Positions 44,359 through 44,377 of a stretch of 44,377 nt of DNA are shown piece after piece; position 1 is the first letter of the stretch; every line of letters begins with the position of its first letter. The DNA comes from a virus. Its lineage: Duplodnaviria; Caudoviricetes. The position numbers and the translations under genes were made by a program. The notes beneath the pieces were generated by a model. That model worked only from the letters and a program-made list of their open reading frames with translations. It did not search any database and was not told the DNA's origin. Where the stretch lies: positions 1 through 44,377 of IMG/VR virus record IMGVR_UViG_3300037461_000959; one strand, given 5' to 3'.

Positions 44359-44377
44359 AATGATACGGCGACCACCG
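44359..44377 (+). other. Illumina P5 adapter remnant (artefact)
   Basis: AATGATACGGCGACCACCG is the 5' end of the P5 adapter. Confidence 0.97.

Noticed and set aside
1-44377. CRISPR array or cas genes
   Set aside because: No regularly spaced identical repeats with unique spacers were seen; the late cassettes are dispersed and the Ser/Thr repeats are coding.
1-44377. Stop-codon reassignment
   Set aside because: Long genes are intact and tightly packed under the standard code; TAA, TAG and TGA all end genes.

Overview
This window looks like a complete, circularly permuted temperate tailed-phage genome of about 44,231 bp. Bases 1-126 repeat at 44232-44357, followed by 19 nt of Illumina P5 adapter. 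The layout is podovirus-like: terminase, portal, scaffold, N4-gp56-type major capsid, GroES, a glycosyltransferase/methyltransferase block, Ser/Thr-rich repeat proteins, adaptor and nozzle, ejection proteins (one crossing the contig junction with an HExxH domain), tail fibre and an M23 lysis module. It has a tyrosine integrase with an intact attP carrying the 3' half of tRNA-Val(TAC). An accessory block encodes a membrane-anchored LuxR-type regulator, a Replic_Relax-like protein, a VirD4/TraD-like ATPase, a PD-(D/E)xK nuclease and a SmaI-like endonuclease paired with a methyltransferase. The strongest unexplained signal is a six-copy late-gene cassette: a promoter (TTGACTGTA in five copies), a small hairpin with covarying stem and AAA loop, an invariant G-CA linker, then an intrinsic terminator. 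This suggests an undescribed antitermination system, and a small DUF2292-like protein is a candidate factor. Also seen: two apparent ACG start codons, a candidate anti-RBS sRNA, a cI-less switch with a shared operator, and two pseudoknot-like non-coding elements. All family calls come from motif recognition by eye, not database searches.
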